A stretch of DNA of 51,951 nucleotides from a bacterium (lineage in GTDB: Bacteria; SZUA-182; DTGQ01), in contig JBFMGO010000033.1 of NCBI GenBank assembly GCA_040752695.1, forward strand, positions 1 to 51,951. Reading direction: 5' to 3'. A model generated the notes under the pieces. That model was not told where the DNA came from. It saw only the letters and a program-made list of their open reading frames with translations, and did not search any database. The first letter of the stretch is position 1. Each line of letters starts with the position of its first letter. Below, piece by piece: positions 48,282 through 51,951 of the stretch. The position numbers and the translations under genes were made by a program.

Positions 48282-50132
48282 CTACTGCTCCATATTCTGC
48301 TGGAACCGCCTGCGTTCTCCCAAAAGAACGAGGTCCCGCAGGCCCTGTTTCCCCTTTGCCGCGAGCCATTTTTTCTCGAACTGGGGATCTTGAACGATCT
48401 GCGCGATGGCTGACAGGGCGCGGAGGTAAAAGTTTCGCTCATCCTTTGTCCCTGCCAGGACAAAGATGGCATGGATCTTCGGTATCGACGCCGAAAAAGT
48501 AACTCCTTTCCGTGACCGGGCCAGCAGGATATCAAAGGTATGCTCTCCCTCGATAACGATGTGGGGTATGGCAAGGCCCGGACTTATAGCTGTGCTGCTC
48601 TCCCTCTCGCGATTTATAAGCAGCCGGGAAAGGACGGATGGATCAATTTTAAGCCTGGTTGCCATAGTTTCGGCAGTAAGTCGCATACATTCTTCCATAT
48701 TCATAGCCTGATCCATATCCAGAACGAAACTGTTCTCAATGACCCGGTCGAACCTGTCCATGACGATGTTGTCTCGTTCCCGAATGATTTCTCGAAGCTC
48801 GAATTCTAAAGAGCCGCTGGCGAGTTCCTTGGCTGTGATCCGTTCAATGAGGTGGAGCAGGGCATATTCCTTGTCCGCCCGGATATGGCCATAAAACCAG
48901 TAGGTGAAAAATCCGCTGACCATAAGGATGATCGTCGTGATCAAGGCCCTTGCGCCCATTTCAAACAGAAGCAGGATGAAGCCGACAAGACCGGCGATTT
49001 GCATCCACGGGTATAAGGGTGTATGAAAGCTCGGCTGATAATTCTGCATCCGGCCTTCCTTGATAATAATAATTGACAGATTGGCAAGGATATACGTGAG
49101 GATAAGGATGGCAGAGCCTGCCTCGACAAGAACATCGAGCTTGAGAAATAAAGAGGCCATGACCAGACCTCCGGTGATGAGGATAGCGGAGTGCGGCGTA
49201 TGAAACCGCGGGTTGATCTTTTCGAAAAGTTCAGGCAAAAGACCATCCCTGCTCAGGGCAAGAAGGTACCTGGCCGCGGACATGATTCCGGCGTTGGCGG
49301 TAGTGGCACAGGCAAGAACAGCCGCAGTGTTCAAGGCAATTCTTCCGAATTCGCCCATAATTGCCCCTGCTCCCTCGGAAATGGGAACGAGTGAACTGCC
49401 TAAGGTTGCGGCATCAAGTATGCCGATGGTCACGAAGACCGCCAGGGTGTAACAGGCATTCACCACCAGGAGAGAGATGATCATTCCCTGAGGGATATCA
49501 CGCCGCGGCTTCTTTATTTCTTCAGCTACACTGACCACCTTGAGCAATCCGCCATAAGAAAGGAAGACAAACCCCGTAGAGGAAAAGATCACTCCCAGGC
49601 CGAAAGGTGCAAAAGGTTCAAAATGTTGAACTTTGACAGCCGGAAGGCCCCGGATTATATAGAGAGCCATAAGACCCAGCAAGCCGAAGACAAGAGCGGC
49701 CTGGAGTCTGCCTGCCTCCCTGACCCCGATCAGGTTGACCAGGATAAAGAAAAGGCATAAGAGGAGGGAAATAATCCGCACATCGACTCCAAGGAGAGGA
49801 GCGATGAAAATTGCCATTCCAAGGAGAGCAAACGCGCTCTTTATGGATAGAGAGAACCAGCTCAGCAAACCGGCAATGGTTCCCGCAGCCGGGCCAAGGC
49901 CGCGGGTAACAAAGAAGTAATCTCCGCCTGCCTTGGGCATGGCTGTAGCAAGTTCGGCTATGCTGAACATGCCGGTCATGGCCAGCAGTCCGGCCAGGGC
50001 AAAGCAAAGAATAGCGGCTGGACCTGCCTTGGCATGGACAAGCCCCGGCAGGACAAAAAGTTCGGCACCGATCATAGAACCGGTGGCGATACTGAAGATA
50101 TGAGCCAAACCAAGCTCTTTTTTTAATTTCAT
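48282..50132 (-). CDS. APC-family amino acid permease fused to a C-terminal PTS EIIA-like domain
   Basis: LKKELG, ELATAMPKAGG.Y, AEE+K.P.R.IP, about 12 TM helices; RE..SSTAI..G+AIPH EIIA signature. Confidence 0.9.
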   Translation of the reverse strand: MKLKKELGLAHIFSIATGSMIGAELFVLPGLVHAKAGPAAILCFALAGLLAMTGMFSIAELATAMPKAGGDYFFVTRGLGPAAGTIAGLLSWFSLSIKSAFALLGMAIFIAPLLGVDVRIISLLLCLFFILVNLIGVREAGRLQAALVFGLLGLMALYIIRGLPAVKVQHFEPFAPFGLGVIFSSTGFVFLSYGGLLKVVSVAEEIKKPRRDIPQGMIISLLVVNACYTLAVFVTIGILDAATLGSSLVPISEGAGAIMGEFGRIALNTAAVLACATTANAGIMSAARYLLALSRDGLLPELFEKINPRFHTPHSAILITGGLVMASLFLKLDVLVEAGSAILILTYILANLSIIIIKEGRMQNYQPSFHTPLYPWMQIAGLVGFILLLFEMGARALITTIILMVSGFFTYWFYGHIRADKEYALLHLIERITAKELASGSLEFELREIIRERDNIVMDRFDRVIENSFVLDMDQAMNMEECMRLTAETMATRLKIDPSVLSRLLINRERESSTAISPGLAIPHIVIEGEHTFDILLARSRKGVTFSASIPKIHAIFVLAGTKDERNFYLRALSAIAQIVQDPQFEKKWLAAKGKQGLRDLVLLGERRRFQQNMEQ

Positions 50133-50278
50133 GCTGACTTCCCAAACCCCATGGTGGTTGGTTACCAGAAACCATAGCAGTTTACGGCTCTGATGTCTTT
50201 CTACATATCTATATTATCTGTTTATCTACATATCTATATTATCTATAAATCTACTTATCCATACTTTTGCACTTTTTA

Positions 50279-50302
50279 TCATTCCCGCCTTCGCGGGAAT
50301 GA
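50279..50302. repeat. REP-like palindrome TCATTCCCGCCTTCGCGGGAATGA
   Basis: Identical to the core at 35380-35403. Confidence 0.75.
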
Positions 50303-50325
50303 CGGGTAGTCAGTGTAAAACAATT

Positions 50326-50418
50326 AGGCTGTGTATGCAAGGACCCTTCGATGGGGTCCCTGTAAAGTTCGAAATCGCTTCCTGATGCGGAAAATCCATT
50401 AGCTTGCATACACGCCCT
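50326..50418. mobile_element. 93-bp MITE-like element with 16-bp inverted ends
   Basis: AGGCTGTGTATGCAAG ... CTTGCATACACGCCCT (14/16 match) with an internal hairpin GGACCC/GGGTCC. Confidence 0.5.
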
Positions 50419-50469
50419 GGCATTTCAAGCAGTTAATAAAAAATGCAGAAATATAGTGCCTATCTACAT

Positions 50470-50533
50470 AAAAAAGCCTCCTTGACCGAAGGAGGTGAAA
50501 AATTCATAGTCAACACTTCGGTCGAAAGGAGGC
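50470..50533 (-). terminator. Long hairpin with a T6 tail on the minus strand, upstream of the permease
   Basis: GCCTCCTT-GACCGAAG pairs with CTTCGGTC-GA-AAGGAGGC; A6 at 50470-50475. Confidence 0.45.
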
Positions 50534-50805
50534 CGCAAAAAACGTACAAGATCGAAAGGAGGCCAACAACATGTACATAGTAATATCGTTAAATATAGCT
50601 TATATTAACGACAATTTTTGCTAAGATTTAAGTAAAATTTCACGTGTTCAAGAGTATCCCAGGCCTTTGTGATGCTGGAGACAGGGCCTTAAAAAATGGC
50701 CTTGAAAATAATCTTCATCTCATCGGTAACTTATAGTATAATATTATATTAAAGAAGAGATGGAAAATCAAGGTAGAATGGCGATCTTTGTATGGGGAGA
50801 TTTAT

Positions 50806-51447
50806 ATGGACAAGGATAGAATCGATACTATTTATCGGACCAAGCCGTTAGAGGAAATTCCCTGGAATATGGAGACCCCGCCCGAAGCACTGGTCGAGTT
50901 AGTGAAAAGCGGCCGGGTAAGGCCAGGAAGGTGCATCGATCTTGGCTGTGGTGCGGGAAATTACTCCATCTATCTGGCCAGTCAGGGATTCGAGGTTACA
51001 GGCATTGACCTTTCTCCGACAGCTATCAGCCGGGCTCAGGAAAACGCCGCCAAAAAAGGCGTTCACTGCACCTTCCTGGTTGCCGACATGCTGGCTGACG
51101 GGCTGGATAAGGTTCAAGGGACCTTTGACTTCGCTTTCGACTGGGGAGTACTGCATCATATATTTCCAGAGAAAAGGATGGAGTATATCGCCCAGGTGCA
51201 CAAGAAACTGAAGAGCGGGGGAATATATTTTTCAGCCTGCTTCAGCGAGAAGGATCGTCAATTCGGCAATTCAGGGAAGTACAGGAAAACATCACTGGGC
51301 ACGGTTTTATACTTTTCTTCCGAGGATGAACTGAGAGAGCTTTTCAGCCGGTATTTTACCATAATTGATCTGAAAACCATAGAGACACAGGGTAAATCCG
51401 GTCCTCACATCATGAACGCAGCCTTGATGGAAAAGGTCCAGGAATGA
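50806..51447 (+). CDS. Class I SAM-dependent methyltransferase (TehB/TPMT-like)
   Basis: IPW...PP..L, DLGCGAG, G.D.SP.AI..A, FDF..D.G.LHH motifs; GGGGAG SD before ATG 50806. Confidence 0.9.
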   Translation: MDKDRIDTIYRTKPLEEIPWNMETPPEALVELVKSGRVRPGRCIDLGCGAGNYSIYLASQGFEVTGIDLSPTAISRAQENAAKKGVHCTFLVADMLADGLDKVQGTFDFAFDWGVLHHIFPEKRMEYIAQVHKKLKSGGIYFSACFSEKDRQFGNSGKYRKTSLGTVLYFSSEDELRELFSRYFTIIDLKTIETQGKSGPHIMNAALMEKVQE

Positions 51448-51476
51448 CCTTTTTACTCCCTGTATGAGGGAAGTTT

Positions 51477-51951
51477 ATGGAGCATCTTACACAAAACGCC
51501 GAATACGATACACCTTCCGGGAGGGGGCTCTGCCTCCTGAAAAGGCTTCACCTTCCCATTTGGATCTCCTTCTATACAAGGGTAGCGCAGGCTATCTTTC
51601 GGGGCTCCAAGGTTGCCCGGAAGGGAGGATACACCAGAGCCTTTTGGTCTGAGCAGAGCCGGTGGGTTTTCGAGGTCATCGAATCTCACGGCGGAGTCTT
51701 CCACATCCGTAACCTGGATAATATCCGGAAGGTAGATGGTCCGGTGGTGTTTGTCAGCAATCATATGAGTGCACTGGAAACCCTGATTTTGCCCTGCCTG
51801 ATCCTGCCAATTAAGGATTTCACCTTCGTGGTTAAAGATGTCCTTTTGGACTACCCCGTTTTTGGTCACCTCCTGAGGAGCACGGAGCCTATTGCCGTGA
51901 CCCGGAAGAACCCCAGAGAGGATTTGAAGACCGTCCTTGAAAAGGGAGAAG
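51477..51951 (+). CDS. Lysophospholipid acyltransferase (PlsC family), 3'-truncated by the window edge; absent from the ORF track
   Basis: Manual translation MEHLTQNAEYDTP...GPVVFVSNHMSALET...FVVK..LLDYPVFG....PIAV.R.NPREDLK. Confidence 0.85.
   Translation, partial: MEHLTQNAEYDTPSGRGLCLLKRLHLPIWISFYTRVAQAIFRGSKVARKGGYTRAFWSEQSRWVFEVIESHGGVFHIRNLDNIRKVDGPVVFVSNHMSALETLILPCLILPIKDFTFVVKDVLLDYPVFGHLLRSTEPIAVTRKNPREDLKTVLEKGE

Noticed and set aside
51453..51869. 138-aa minus-strand and 62-aa plus-strand ORFs from the track
   Set aside because: They overlap the PlsC-like frame starting at 51477, which carries the NHxSxxE motif.
1..51951. tRNA, rRNA, intact transposase/integrase or prophage genes
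   Set aside because: None recognised by eye; tRNAscan-SE and ISfinder searches would confirm.

Overview
Chromosomal window from an anaerobic, deltaproteobacterium-like organism (the lineage is an inference, not established). It opens with the distal part of an atypical type VI secretion locus: tssF (partial), tssL/dotU, a hypothetical gene, tssG, an ImpA/IglI-like gene, an AT-rich effector candidate and a DUF4280 PAAR-like gene. Housekeeping genes follow (yjbQ, M48 peptidase, DUF4416, nadK, recN), then a four-gene phosphorelay and a 2-oxoacid:ferredoxin oxidoreductase (Vor-like) operon interrupted by an Rpn remnant. The rest holds paralogous secreted YGGL-repeat proteins, glgB, a GT1 glycosyltransferase, a multiheme cytochrome, asnS, a subtilase, an ilvE-like aminotransferase, an ASKHA/RACo corrinoid activator, an APC-EIIA permease, a methyltransferase and a partial PlsC. 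The top candidate for a new system is the minus-strand pair at 38107-39620. There a Bell-like death-effector gene ends in two 21-aa amyloid-like pseudo-repeats. It is joined to an uncharacterised, non-NLR ORF by a -1 frameshift-like cassette (A_AAC_CCU, 5-nt spacer, 10-bp stem), and that ORF begins with a third copy of the repeat. Also seen are a two-copy ~110-bp MITE-like family and pervasive short tandem duplications. All family assignments come from motif recognition by eye; no searches were run.
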